NCBI GenBank assembly: GCA_041288095.1 | Contig: JBGGMJ010000136.1 | Coordinates: forward strand, 16,031 to 80,030 | From: Myxococcota bacterium | Lineage (GTDB): Bacteria > Myxococcota > XYA12-FULL-58-9 > JALHOP01 | Reading direction: 5' to 3' | DNA length: 64,000 nucleotides | In this document: one piece after another, positions 52,564-62,734 of the stretch | Layout of the letters: each line of letters begins with the position of its first letter | Position numbering within the stretch: the stretch's first letter is position 1 | The notes under the pieces: generated by a model | Databases searched by the model: none | Seen by the model: the letters and a program-made list of their open reading frames with translations, nothing else | What the model was told of the DNA's origin: nothing | Made by a program: the position numbers and the translations under genes

Positions 52564-54152
52564 TGCGCAAGCTAGCAAACCTCATGGCGATGGCCGTCGT
52601 GGCGCTCGCGGCGGGCTGTGGTGACGACAGCGACGACGAGGTGTTGCGCGCCGAGTGTTTCGCCAACGAAGAGTGCGGCAACGGCGCCTGTTTCCTCGGA
52701 ACATGCGTCGACACCGGCGCCGGCCTCGGCACGGTCGACATCGACGTGCAGCCACGCGACAACTCGGGGGCCCTGCGCCAGCGTCTGTCACGGGTGTTCG
52801 ACGTCGCGTCCGGCTCGCAAGATCTGTATCTCGCGCCCACCATCCAGGTGGTCGGCCAGGTGAGCCACGTGGGCGAGCCGTTCACCGGCACGGTGCGCGC
52901 CTACAGCGTCGTCGACGGTAACTGTCACCCAACCAGCACCGACGCGGTCCTCGTTTACGATGGCGACGTCGTGGCCGACCAAGTGGCGATCGCCTTGGTC
53001 CCCGGCCGCTACCGCGTGGTCATGACACCCGCGGAGTCGATGCTCATCCGTCCGCCGTTGATCATCCCCAACGACGGCGCCTGCGGCATCGAGGTGAGCG
53101 ACGGTACGCGCCTCGACGCCATCTATTCGAACGACGGCGCGCTGGTGACGGTGCGCGGCCGACTCCGCTATAGCATCAATGACAGCACTGGCGTTGCCGG
53201 CGCCCAGATCACGGTTCGAACCAGCATCGGCGGCGCGGAGCACAGCTCCGCCACCGTCGAGACCGCGGGCGACGGCTCCTTCGCGGTCCACTTGCCCGAG
53301 GGCGGCACGGTCTTCGCTGCGGACGTCAAAGGCGGCAGCAACGTCAACGTGCCGACGGTCGTCTTCAACAACTTGACTCGTACCGGCGACACCGTCGGCG
53401 ACCTAAACCTCGGCGTCAGCGCGCTCGTCAGCGTGCCGCTCACGGTGACCGACGACGTGGGCACCGGCGTCGCGGATGCCACCGTCCTCATCACCGGCCA
53501 GGTCGGCGCCGGCACGCTGTCGCTCACGACCGCGACCAACCCGAGTGGTGGCGCTACCCTCGGGCTGCGAGTCGGCACGTACAACGTCGTCGTGTTGCCG
53601 AAGCGGACCGCGACCGTCGGCCTCGTCCGCACCACGCTCGCCATCGGCGAAGGCGCGGCGGCCCCGACACTGACCTTGGTCGCGCCACCGAAGGCCGACG
53701 TCACCGGCGTCGTCTACAGCGCCGCCGGCCTGCCGGTCGCGAACGCCCGCGTCACCTTCCGCCTGCGTAGCATCAAGGCCGAGCGCGACGTCACCGCCAC
53801 CACCGCGAGCGACGGCTCGTACATGGTCGCCGTCGACACCCAGGGGCCGACCGCGAACGACAACGCCGCGGAGTTCGAGGTGACGGTCGAGCCGGCCTCG
53901 GACAGCCGCGAGCCGCGCTTCCGCGAGCTCGTCCGCGTCGACCAGGTCTGGTCGGGGCACGACATCGGCCTCTATGACTCGAATTTCGTGTTCGGCAAGC
54001 TCCTCACCGCCGACGGCGGCCTGCTGCCGCAAGCCGCGCTCCTTTTCTATGCCAACCTCGGGGGCGACGAACCCGTGCTCCTCGGGGTCGCGACGTCGAC
54101 AACGGCCGGCGAGTTCGCGGTGCCGTTGCCATCGCCGTCCTTCGCTCAGTAG
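52563..54152 (+). CDS. Lipoprotein with Cys-rich motif and carboxypeptidase-regulatory-like beta-sandwich repeats
   Basis: Lipobox AAGC; CFANEECGNGACFLGTC; repeated V.G.V....G.PVA.A.V...T..DG.F/Y; TGATG coupling. Confidence 0.8.
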   Translation: MRKLANLMAMAVVALAAGCGDDSDDEVLRAECFANEECGNGACFLGTCVDTGAGLGTVDIDVQPRDNSGALRQRLSRVFDVASGSQDLYLAPTIQVVGQVSHVGEPFTGTVRAYSVVDGNCHPTSTDAVLVYDGDVVADQVAIALVPGRYRVVMTPAESMLIRPPLIIPNDGACGIEVSDGTRLDAIYSNDGALVTVRGRLRYSINDSTGVAGAQITVRTSIGGAEHSSATVETAGDGSFAVHLPEGGTVFAADVKGGSNVNVPTVVFNNLTRTGDTVGDLNLGVSALVSVPLTVTDDVGTGVADATVLITGQVGAGTLSLTTATNPSGGATLGLRVGTYNVVVLPKRTATVGLVRTTLAIGEGAAAPTLTLVAPPKADVTGVVYSAAGLPVANARVTFRLRSIKAERDVTATTASDGSYMVAVDTQGPTANDNAAEFEVTVEPASDSREPRFRELVRVDQVWSGHDIGLYDSNFVFGKLLTADGGLLPQAALLFYANLGGDEPVLLGVATSTTAGEFAVPLPSPSFAQ

Positions 54153-54161
54153 AAGGGCTCC

Positions 54162-54659
54162 ATGACCAACGCCGCGGTACCGAGCCCGCCTTTCCGCCGA
54201 ACGGGCCGCTTGGTGGTCTTCTCGCTCTTCGCCGTCGTGGCGAGCTACATCCTCATCAGCGTCATCGCGAGCGTGTTCCTCGCGCTCTACGGCAAGCCAC
54301 CGACGCTCGACGACGGCGCCTTCGGGGCGGATGATCGCAGCTACTGCGTGCGCACCTTGGTGGGGCTGCGTGACGAGCTCGAACAAGAGGTCACCAACGT
54401 CGCCCAGCCGCCGAAGCCACGCATCGACGCCAAAGCGCGCTGGCAAGCCTGGGACGCCACCTATCACGAGCGCATGAGCACGGCGCGCGCCCGCTGCAGC
54501 CAGGACGACGGCATCGAGCACGCCTTCGAGAAGCTCGCCGCGATGTACGATGGCTACGCCAGCGCGGCGAGGCGCATCATCGAGGTGCGAGCCACGGTCG
54601 CGCCCGCTGTAGCGGACGTCGTTCAGCTCCTGCGCGATCCGGCCGCCGAGAACCTCTAA
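54162..54659 (+). CDS. Hypothetical membrane-anchored protein
   Basis: N-terminal TM, helical domain with two Cys; last gene of the operon. Confidence 0.7.
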   Translation: MTNAAVPSPPFRRTGRLVVFSLFAVVASYILISVIASVFLALYGKPPTLDDGAFGADDRSYCVRTLVGLRDELEQEVTNVAQPPKPRIDAKARWQAWDATYHERMSTARARCSQDDGIEHAFEKLAAMYDGYASAARRIIEVRATVAPAVADVVQLLRDPAAENL

Positions 54660-55174
54660 GCATTCGCGAGAGCCCGGTGCTCGTTCGCCAAGCTCACGTA
54701 GGTGGCCGCCGAATTGCGCAGCATGGCGAGCTCGGCGTCGCGCAGCGGGCGGATCACCCGCGCCGGAGATCCAATCGCCAGCGAGCCGCGCGGAATGCGT
54801 GTGCCCGGGGACACCAGCGAGCCGGCGCCGACCAAGCACTCAGTCTCGACCACCGAGCCGTCGAGCAAGATGGCGCCCATACCGATGAGCGCGAGGTCGT
54901 GGACCGTGCAGCCATGCAAGATGGCGCGATGGCCGACGGTGACATCCGCGCCGATGACCGTGTCAGCGGTACCGGTAGTGACGTGAACGACGGAGAGATC
55001 CTGAATGTTGGTGCGCGCGCCGATGGTGATGGTGCCGACGTCGCCACGCACGACGCAGCCGTACCAGATGCTCGCCTCGTCACCGAGGGTCACGCGCCCG
55101 ATGACGTCCGCTGATGGCGCGACGAAAACGTCACGCCCGAGGTCGGGGGCGATGCCCTGATACGTGGTGATCAT
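54656..55174 (-). CDS. Gamma carbonic anhydrase family (YrdA-like) protein
   Basis: Hexapeptide repeats; RGDV, NIQD, VTVGHRAILHGC. Confidence 0.92.
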   Translation of the reverse strand: MITTYQGIAPDLGRDVFVAPSADVIGRVTLGDEASIWYGCVVRGDVGTITIGARTNIQDLSVVHVTTGTADTVIGADVTVGHRAILHGCTVHDLALIGMGAILLDGSVVETECLVGAGSLVSPGTRIPRGSLAIGSPARVIRPLRDAELAMLRNSAATYVSLANEHRALANA

Positions 55175-55518
55175 CGAAGCCTCCAGAAACGAATGGCGGT
55201 GGCCGCGAGCGCCGCGCCGGCGGTGTCGGCGACCCAGTCGAGAATATCCGGCGAGCGCCCGGGGACGAACATCTGGTGCACCTCGTCGAAGCCGCCATAC
55301 AGCGAGGTCGCGACGATGCCGGCGACGAGCGCGGGTCTGCCGCGATGCCCAAAGCCGAAGACGACCCATGCGCAGAGAATGCCGAAAAAGAGCGCGTGCG
55401 CTGCCTTGTCGACGCCGTCGAAGGTGAGCGGCAGGTCAGGCAACCGCGGCTGCGACGACAGCAAGAAAATCAGCGATGCCCAGAGGAGCGCGGGGATGAA
55501 GCGAGCCGCGCGTCTCAT
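55171..55518 (-). CDS. VanZ family membrane protein
   Basis: DKAAH, DEVHQMFVPGRS...DWVAD. Confidence 0.88.
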   Translation of the reverse strand: MRRAARFIPALLWASLIFLLSSQPRLPDLPLTFDGVDKAAHALFFGILCAWVVFGFGHRGRPALVAGIVATSLYGGFDEVHQMFVPGRSPDILDWVADTAGAALAATAIRFWRLR

Positions 55519-56711
55519 CGGGTGAGGACCGCCAGGCTCTCGACGTGTGGAGTCTGTGGGAACAAATCGAAGGTCGACAAAGCATCGAGGCGATAGCCGC
55601 CATCGACCAAGAGGCGCAAGTCGCGAGCCAGGGTCGCGGGGTCGCAGGAAACATAGACGACTCGGCTTGGGCCCCTCGCGGCCAGCCGGCTCGCCACGTC
55701 GCGCGCGCCTATGCGCGGAGGGTCGAGAAGCACGGTGTCATAGCGATCCGCGTCCGCTACGGCGGCCCGATCAGAAGCAGTCACGGTGACCACCGAGAAG
55801 CCGTTGGCGTTCTCTTTGGCGAGGGCGCTCGAAGCTGGGTTCTCCTCGACTGCGCGCACGACGTGGCCGGCAACCGCGAGCGGCAACGAGAAGTTGCCAA
55901 TGCCGCTGTGCAGCTCGAGCACACGCTCACCCCGCACCGCTTGGAGCACCGCGGCCACGAGCTGGTCGTTCATCTCGGGATTTGCCTGGGTGAAGACGCC
56001 GGCGCTGAAGCGCAGTGTGAAATCGCCGGCATGGTCATAGCGCAGCACGCCGTTGTCGAACGGTCCGTCCCGCACCTGCTCCGCCGCCATGAACGCCGCG
56101 ACAGCCCGGCCGTCGCGACGTGAGTATGCGAGCTCGACCTCGCGGACGCGGAGGCTCTTCGGTTGCGGCGCGAGCCAGGCAGCCAAGTCGCGCGCCGCCG
56201 CCTCGAGCTCCGGCCAGAGGATTGGGCACTCGGTGAGGTCGACGAGATCGTGTGACCCACGAGCGTGATAACCGAGTCGCCACTGGCCGTCATGGCGTGC
56301 GTGGAAGCGAGCCCGGTGTCGGTAGCGCCAGGCAGCGCCGTGCATCATGCCGCGAAATACCGGAGCGGCGTCGAGCTTGCCGATACGTGTCATGGCTTGC
56401 AGCACTTGATCGACCTTGACCTCGCGCTGCGCCGTCACGTCGAAGTCGCGCAAGGCGCAGCCGCCGCAACGCTCGCGCAAGCAGGTGCTGGTGACGCGTT
56501 GGGGCGAGGGAGTCAGCACGCGCACCGCGTCGGCGTTGACCAGGCGCTCTTTACTTTCGGTGATGCGCGCCTCGACTTCGTCGCCCGGCAAGGCGCCACG
56601 CACGAACGCTACGCGGCCATCGGCGAGACGCGCTACGCCATCGCCGCTCGAGGTCAGCCCCTGGATGCTGAGCGTGACGCTAGGAGCGCCGGCAGACGAC
56701 TTCGGCGCCAT
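55515..56711 (-). CDS. TRAM-domain 23S rRNA m5U methyltransferase (RlmD/TrmA family)
   Basis: GDGVA..FV.GALPGD TRAM, C..CGGC, FTQAN, LDPPR, YVSCDPATLARD, DLFPQTPHVE. Confidence 0.9.
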   Translation of the reverse strand: MAPKSSAGAPSVTLSIQGLTSSGDGVARLADGRVAFVRGALPGDEVEARITESKERLVNADAVRVLTPSPQRVTSTCLRERCGGCALRDFDVTAQREVKVDQVLQAMTRIGKLDAAPVFRGMMHGAAWRYRHRARFHARHDGQWRLGYHARGSHDLVDLTECPILWPELEAAARDLAAWLAPQPKSLRVREVELAYSRRDGRAVAAFMAAEQVRDGPFDNGVLRYDHAGDFTLRFSAGVFTQANPEMNDQLVAAVLQAVRGERVLELHSGIGNFSLPLAVAGHVVRAVEENPASSALAKENANGFSVVTVTASDRAAVADADRYDTVLLDPPRIGARDVASRLAARGPSRVVYVSCDPATLARDLRLLVDGGYRLDALSTFDLFPQTPHVESLAVLTR

Positions 56712-57438
56712 GGGCTCCGAGCTCCTCCGCGGCCGAGGCCTCACGCTTGGCGAGCTCGACGTAGCCGTCGGACCCTGCCAGCGCAACGAGCTCACCCGGC
56801 GGCGCTTCGGCGTAGGTCCGCACGACTCGCAGGCGCTTGCCCTTGGCGTCGATGGTGCCGAGCCAGGTCGCGGGGACATTCGTCGTGACGTTGCCGTAGC
56901 GGTCGGCGCCGAGAGTCGTGCCGTGCAAAGCGCCCTGCCGCTCGACAGGCACGGGCAGAGTCGACGGGGTCGGATCGGTGATGGGCGTCCCCACCTCGGC
57001 AAGCGGAACACCCATCGCGAGCTCGGCGGCGACGGGCGCGAAGATGTCGCGGCCATGGAACGTCGGCGCCGTCGGCGTCCGGTGCAGCGCCGTGCGGTCG
57101 AGCACCACGACCTCGGCATCCTTGGCCCGAGCACAAGCTCCGAGCACACCGTTGTCGGGCCCGACGAAGAAACAACCTCGCAGTGAGACCGCGATAGCGC
57201 GCCGCGGACCACCGACGCCTGGGTCGACGACGACGACGTGCACGGTGCCCAGTGGAAACGTGAAGGCCGTGCCGCGCAAGAGCAGCTCCGCCGCGCGCAC
57301 GTCGTACGCGGGCAGATCATGCGCCACGTCGACGAGCACGATGTCCGGCGAAGCGGACAAGAGCACGCCCTTCATCTGCGCGACGTACGGCGAACCGACT
57401 CCGAAGTCGGTGGTCAACGCGATGATCGGCCGTCCCAC
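56680..57438 (-). CDS. SAM hydrolase / chlorinase-fluorinase family (DUF62)
   Basis: ALTTDFG, VVDPGVG, GPDNG, TFHGRDIFAP, DRYGN. Confidence 0.92.
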   Translation of the reverse strand: MGRPIIALTTDFGVGSPYVAQMKGVLLSASPDIVLVDVAHDLPAYDVRAAELLLRGTAFTFPLGTVHVVVVDPGVGGPRRAIAVSLRGCFFVGPDNGVLGACARAKDAEVVVLDRTALHRTPTAPTFHGRDIFAPVAAELAMGVPLAEVGTPITDPTPSTLPVPVERQGALHGTTLGADRYGNVTTNVPATWLGTIDAKGKRLRVVRTYAEAPPGELVALAGSDGYVELAKREASAAEELGAHGAEVVCRRS

Positions 57439-57768
57439 TTAGCCGAGCAGCTGCGACAGCTTCATCGCGAGGCCCATGTCACCGGCCACCTTGAGCTTGC
57501 CGGTCATGAAGGCCATCTGCGCGTTGGTCTTACCGTTGACGATGTCGACGAAGTCCTGGGCGCCCACGGTAATCGTGCAGTTCGCCTCGCCGTCACCCTT
57601 CGTCACCACGCCGCCCGGCTGCTTCAAGTCCACGATCCAGGTGCCGCCGCCGTCGCCGTTCACCACGAACTTGTAGATGGCGTTGATCTTCCCAGCGAGG
57701 TCGGGCTTGGACTTCAAGCGCTCGGGGATATTCTTCTCGAGGATGTCGCTAGCGGACGAGACGGGCAT
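57439..57768 (-). CDS. SCP2 sterol/lipid-binding domain protein
   Basis: GGGTWIVD, AFMTGKLKVAGDMGLAMKL. Confidence 0.9.
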   Translation of the reverse strand: MPVSSASDILEKNIPERLKSKPDLAGKINAIYKFVVNGDGGGTWIVDLKQPGGVVTKGDGEANCTITVGAQDFVDIVNGKTNAQMAFMTGKLKVAGDMGLAMKLSQLLG

Positions 57769-57843
57769 CACGGACTCCGTATTGGTACGGCATGAGAAAC
57801 GGGCTTCAAGGTGCGACTAGCACCGGCCTTTGGCCAGCGTCAA

Positions 57844-58512
57844 TCAACCGCCAGCCTTGCGAACCGCGGCGACGATGTGATCGAGCACCTCGCTCGGCGT
57901 CAACTTGGTGCTGTCGAGATGGATGGCGTCGTCGGCGGCCTTGAGCGGCGCGTGCTCGCGACCCATGTCCTGCGCGTCGCGGGCGACCATTTCGCTGAGC
58001 ACGTCTTCGTGGGTGACTTCCTTACCCCTGCCGCGGAGCTCCTCGAGCCGCCGCCGTGCCCGCTCGTCGGGATCCGCGTCGAGGTAGATCTTCACGGGCG
58101 CGTTGGGACAGACCACGGTGCCGATATCGCGCCCTTCGAGAACAGCGCCGCCGTGCCCGGCGAGGCGCCGCTGGAGCGCCAGCAACCCCCGGCGAACCAC
58201 GGGCCGTGTGGAGACGAGGCTCGCGTCGCGTGAGACCTCCGGGGTGCGGATGGCCTCGGTCACGTCTTCGCCACGCAGAAAAACGCGGTTCACGCCGTCG
58301 ATCATGGTGAAGTCGATGTCGAGGCCGCGCACGATGGTCTCGAGACCCTTCTCGTCGTCGAGCGAGACGTCCTGGCGCCGCGCCAGCAAGGCGACGCTGC
58401 GATAGATCGCGCCCGTGTCGACCAGGCGGTACTGCAACGCCGCCGCGACCGCCTTGGCGACCGTGCTCTTTCCCGCGCCGGCGGGGCCGTCGATCGCAAC
58501 CGTGATGCTCAT
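57844..58512 (-). CDS. cmk: Cytidylate kinase
   Basis: IDGPAGAGKST, DTGAIYR, EGRDIGTVV. Confidence 0.96.
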   Translation of the reverse strand: MSITVAIDGPAGAGKSTVAKAVAAALQYRLVDTGAIYRSVALLARRQDVSLDDEKGLETIVRGLDIDFTMIDGVNRVFLRGEDVTEAIRTPEVSRDASLVSTRPVVRRGLLALQRRLAGHGGAVLEGRDIGTVVCPNAPVKIYLDADPDERARRRLEELRGRGKEVTHEDVLSEMVARDAQDMGREHAPLKAADDAIHLDSTKLTPSEVLDHIVAAVRKAGG

Positions 58513-59843
58513 GCGACGTCGATGCGCGCACCCAGCGAGCGCATGTCCGCGACGAAGGTCGGGAACGACACCGCCGCGACGTCGAAACCCTCGAGGACCG
58601 AAATCCCGGGGGCGGAAAGCGCGAGGACCGCGGCCGTCAGCGCCACGCGGTGGTCACTCGAGACGTCCACATGGGCGGCCTTCAAAGGCTGCGGCCCGTC
58701 GATGATGAAGCCGTCGCGCTTGCCTTCGACGACGACGCCGAACGCCGCCAGCAGCCGTACCACCTCGGCGATGCGGTCGCTCTCCTTGACGCGTAGCTCG
58801 TGCGCGTCGCGCACTTCGACTCGACCACGTGCCCGCGCCGCCAACGCCGAGATCACCACGAGCTCGTCGATGAGTCGCGGCACGACCTCGCCGGCGACGA
58901 CGGTCGGCCTGTCGCCCGCTTGCCGGGCATCGAGCTCGCTCGCTTGCACGACCACGTCGGCGACCGGCTCACCGGTGAGCTCGCGCCACTTGGAGACGCG
59001 CAGCTGGACGCGCAGCTCTTCCATGATCTCGAGCAACCCAGTGCGCGTGCCGTTCACCCCGACATCGCGAACGCTGACACGCGAGCCGGGAATAAGCGCC
59101 GAGGCAGACAGCACGAACGCCGCGGAGGAGAAATCGCCGGGCACCTCGAGCTGGATGGGCGCAAGCTCGCTGGGCCCACAGCGCACGCCGGGCACGCCGG
59201 CGTTGGTGAGGCTGACGATGTTGGCGCCCATGGCCGTCAGGAGGCGCTCGGTGTGGTCACGCGACAGCGACGGCTCGTGCACGGTGACCTTGCGCTCGGA
59301 CACCAGGCCCGCGAGCAGCAAGGCGCTCTTCACCTGGGCGCTCGCGACATCGAGGCGGATCATGCCGTCCTGCATGCGGCCGGGCCCGATGACGATGGGC
59401 GCGAGCTCTTTCTCCCCGCTCATGGTGCCGCGGATCTCGGCGCCGAGCTGACGCAACGGCTTGCAGACGCGGCCCATCGGGCGCTTCATGAGCGAGCCGT
59501 CCCCGACGAGAGTGGCGGCGACGCCGGCGCCCGCGAGCACCCCGGCCATCAAGCGCATGGTCGTGCCGCTGTTGCCGCAATCGAGCGGATGAGACGGAGG
59601 CCGGAGGCCCTGCGGCCCGACGCCCTCGATGGTGAACGTATCGCCATCGCGGACGATGGTGACCCCGAGATCGCGCAGCACCCGCGCCGTCGACAGGTTG
59701 TCCTCGCCGGCGCCTCGCGCCGTGACCACGCTCTGGCCCTTGGCGAGCGCCGAGAAGATGAGGGCGCGGTGGGTGAGCGACTTGTCCGCGGGCACACGGA
59801 CGCTGCCGACCAACGGTGCTCCACCATGGATCGACAAGCGCAT
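58509..59843 (-). CDS. aroA: 3-phosphoshikimate 1-carboxyvinyltransferase
   Basis: DKSLTHR, CGNSGTTMRL, SAQVKSA, RDHTE, LRVKESDRI, DHR. Confidence 0.96.
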   Translation of the reverse strand: MRLSIHGGAPLVGSVRVPADKSLTHRALIFSALAKGQSVVTARGAGEDNLSTARVLRDLGVTIVRDGDTFTIEGVGPQGLRPPSHPLDCGNSGTTMRLMAGVLAGAGVAATLVGDGSLMKRPMGRVCKPLRQLGAEIRGTMSGEKELAPIVIGPGRMQDGMIRLDVASAQVKSALLLAGLVSERKVTVHEPSLSRDHTERLLTAMGANIVSLTNAGVPGVRCGPSELAPIQLEVPGDFSSAAFVLSASALIPGSRVSVRDVGVNGTRTGLLEIMEELRVQLRVSKWRELTGEPVADVVVQASELDARQAGDRPTVVAGEVVPRLIDELVVISALAARARGRVEVRDAHELRVKESDRIAEVVRLLAAFGVVVEGKRDGFIIDGPQPLKAAHVDVSSDHRVALTAAVLALSAPGISVLEGFDVAAVSFPTFVADMRSLGARIDVA

Positions 59844-59850
59844 GATGCGG

Positions 59851-60951
59851 TTAGCCTAACACGCGGCGCATGGCGTCGAGCATGCGGTCGTTTTGTTCGG
59901 GAGTGCCCAAGGTGATGCGAACCTGCGTGGTCAAGCCGTAGTTGGCGAGAGGACGGATGATAATGCCTTGCTTGAGCATGGCTTCAAAGATTTTCGGTCC
60001 GCTCGTATGCACGTCGACCATGATGAAGTTTGCCTGGGACTCGGCGACCTCGAGGGGCTTTCCCGCGGAACGCATCGCCCGCAGCGCCGGCACCACCCGC
60101 TCCATCTCGCGCGTGTTGTTGTCGACCGTGCGCTGCACGTGCTCTTTGTCCGTCAAAGCGGCCATGGCGGCGATCTGTGCCAGCGAGCTCACGTTGAAGG
60201 GCCCGCGGCCCCGTTCGAGATAGCCGATGAGCTCGGGATCGCCGATGCCGTAGCCCACGCGCACGCCCGCGAGCCCGTACGCCTTCGAGAAGGTCCGCAG
60301 CACCATGGTGCGCGGCCGCTGCTTCATGATGGCGATGCTCCGCGGGTAGTCCTTGGCGCGAACGTATTCGACATACGCCTCGTCGAGGACGACGACGACG
60401 TCCTTGGGGATCGCCGCGAGGAAGGTGTCGAGCTCGGCGGCGGTGACGTAGGTGCCGGTCGGATTGTTCGGGTTGGCGATGAACACGAGCTTGGTGGTGG
60501 CGTCGGCGGCCTTGGCCATGGCCGGCAAGTCGTAGCGGTGGTCCTTGAGCGGCACACCGCGAATGCCGACACCCGCCTGCTGCGCCCGCAGCTTGTACGA
60601 GATGAACGACGGATCGGCGTAGAGCAGCGATTCGCCGGGCCGCACGCAAGCGCGCACCACGGCGTCGATGAGCTCGTCGCCACCGTTCCCCATGACGAGG
60701 TGTTGCTCGGTGACGCCCAGCGACTGGGCGAGCGCCTTCTTCAGATAGAAAGCGCTGGCGTCCGGGTAGTCGTGCACTCCCGAGAGCGCGGCGCGCATCG
60801 CGTCGACGGCCTTGGGTGACGGACCAAAGGCATTTTCATTCGAGGCGAGCTTGATGACGCCCGTGATCCCGAGCTCGCGCTCGGTCTCGGTGACGGGCTT
60901 GCCGGGGACGTACGGCGTCAGCGTCAGGTAGGCGTCGTTGACCAGCTGCAT
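59851..60951 (-). CDS. hisC: Histidinol-phosphate aminotransferase
   Basis: KLASNEN, NPNNPTG, DEAY, RTFSKAYGLAGVRVGY. Confidence 0.94.
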   Translation of the reverse strand: MQLVNDAYLTLTPYVPGKPVTETERELGITGVIKLASNENAFGPSPKAVDAMRAALSGVHDYPDASAFYLKKALAQSLGVTEQHLVMGNGGDELIDAVVRACVRPGESLLYADPSFISYKLRAQQAGVGIRGVPLKDHRYDLPAMAKAADATTKLVFIANPNNPTGTYVTAAELDTFLAAIPKDVVVVLDEAYVEYVRAKDYPRSIAIMKQRPRTMVLRTFSKAYGLAGVRVGYGIGDPELIGYLERGRGPFNVSSLAQIAAMAALTDKEHVQRTVDNNTREMERVVPALRAMRSAGKPLEVAESQANFIMVDVHTSGPKIFEAMLKQGIIIRPLANYGLTTQVRITLGTPEQNDRMLDAMRRVLG

Positions 60952-61001
60952 GGACGACGATGCATGCCGTGAGGAGGCGCCGTTGGCAAGCGCGGCCAAG
61001 C

Positions 61002-62639
61002 TCAGCGCAAACGTGCGTTGAGGGCGCCGAAGAAGTGGGTCATGTGGCGCCGCTGCACCGCGTAGTGTTGCACCGAGGTGTAGTCCTCGTCGCGACGAGC
61101 AGTCTCGTTGCCGATGTAGACGTTGCCGCTGATCAGCGGCGTCTGGCCGGGGCTCATGACCTGGACGGAAACGCTCGGCCCGATGCCCGTTGCGAGCCCG
61201 GGAATATTGTTGCCAGTGTCATGGTCCTGGACGCCGACGGCCATGAAGAACCCGCCCTCTCGGTTGAGCCGGTTGCCGATGGACGCGAACGTCTCGATGC
61301 GCCCGTAGGTGGCGTCGAACAAGCCGACGCCACGCAAACGGGACCAATAGGGGTTCGACGTGTTGAGCCAAGCGCCCATGGGATTGTAGGCGCCGCTATG
61401 CCCGGTGAGAGAAAGGTTGCGGACGGCGCTGACGGGATCACGCCCCGGTGCGACCGTCAAAGCGCCGGCGGATTGCAGGCGTCCGACGACCTGGTTCATG
61501 AAGGTCGTGAGGCCGTTGCTCGAGACCGCGCGCCGGTTGCGACCCATGCCGTGCCACTCGACGAGGGCCTTGAGCTCGAAATGGTGTCCGCCATCGCGGT
61601 CGGGACTCTCGGGGATCACGGTGATGCCACGATACGGGTTGGTGATCGTCGCGAAGTTGTTGAAGCGCCCAAAAAGCGCGTTCTGGACCGTCGCGCCCTG
61701 CGTCCAGCCATGCACGTGCAGGTTGAGGTCGGCCGTGCCGTCCGGCCGCGTCTGATAGTTCGGCGGCACCATGAAGTTGACCGGCTCGGGATAGTCGGCG
61801 ACGCGACCGCGGGCGCGGGCGGCGTCGGTTGGCGCGAGCTGGGTGATCGCCCAGCCTTGAAGGCGGAGGTTGCCGACGACGCGCTCGGCCGGAGTGCGCG
61901 CCGGTCCGCGCAGGTCGGCCTCGACGTGCCGCGACTGGGCGCGTAGCTCGGGCTCCATGCCGCCCAGAGCTGGAAGCATCGAGAGGATGTTGCGTCGGGC
62001 ATCTTCGGGGAGGCCGGTGGTGATGTTGCGGTCTTCGAGACGTCGCCGCACGTCGCGCGCGAAGGTCTCCGTGTCGACGCGCCGGTAGATCTCGAAGCCC
62101 GACCCCTGGCGCTGAAACCCGAGGATGGTACCGTCGGCGCGCATCCGTTCGAGGTCCTGCACCGTCGCCGCGGTCTGGGCGCTGTCGCGTTTCACGGGAG
62201 CGACCCCGGTCAAATCGCCGATGCGTCGCATGAGCTCGGCGGGCGGGATCGCGGGGTGTCCGGTGCGGATGGACTCGGCGAGCACGCGCGCCTCGGCCGA
62301 GGCCGTGGCCCCGCGCGGCACCGTATTGTCGCCTGTGGCGACGGTGGTCACACGGGGCGGGACCTGATCGGCGGGTTGCGCAAGCGGGCGCTGCTGCTCC
62401 CGTACTGGAGCACGCGCCACCGGGTCGTCAGTGGGGCCCTGCTGGCGCGGCGGCACGTAGAGCCCACGCAGGAGCGGCGTGTTGCCGCTGTCGGCGACGC
62501 GAACGACCGGGGGCTCGCGCGGCACCACCGATAGCTTCGGGATCACCTGGGCGGCTCCGCGCGGGGCTTTGTCGTCCCCCTCGAGAGCCGGAGGGTCGCG
62601 GTTCGCGGCGGATGCTAGCGGCGCTACCCGGATTACCAC
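61002..62639 (-). CDS. Orphan protein: Pro-rich disordered N-terminus plus alpha/beta-hydrolase-like domain
   Basis: LHVHGW, VIPES, LTGHSGAY, LFDATYG; no signal peptide; start uncertain. Confidence 0.7.
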   Translation of the reverse strand: MVIRVAPLASAANRDPPALEGDDKAPRGAAQVIPKLSVVPREPPVVRVADSGNTPLLRGLYVPPRQQGPTDDPVARAPVREQQRPLAQPADQVPPRVTTVATGDNTVPRGATASAEARVLAESIRTGHPAIPPAELMRRIGDLTGVAPVKRDSAQTAATVQDLERMRADGTILGFQRQGSGFEIYRRVDTETFARDVRRRLEDRNITTGLPEDARRNILSMLPALGGMEPELRAQSRHVEADLRGPARTPAERVVGNLRLQGWAITQLAPTDAARARGRVADYPEPVNFMVPPNYQTRPDGTADLNLHVHGWTQGATVQNALFGRFNNFATITNPYRGITVIPESPDRDGGHHFELKALVEWHGMGRNRRAVSSNGLTTFMNQVVGRLQSAGALTVAPGRDPVSAVRNLSLTGHSGAYNPMGAWLNTSNPYWSRLRGVGLFDATYGRIETFASIGNRLNREGGFFMAVGVQDHDTGNNIPGLATGIGPSVSVQVMSPGQTPLISGNVYIGNETARRDEDYTSVQHYAVQRRHMTHFFGALNARLR

Positions 62640-62734
62640 AGCCTACATAAACCTCCACGTGTCCGTGTGGTTATCGCGGCAAGATGTGTTTTCTCAACGA
62701 TCATAGCTACTTGAGCCCCTGCCCAGCACCGAAA

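Noticed and set aside
56680..57438. Fluorinase/chlorinase indicating a halometabolite gene cluster
   Set aside because: Sits in a housekeeping run (cmk-SCP2-rlmD-vanZ) with no biosynthetic genes; most DUF62 members are SAM hydrolases
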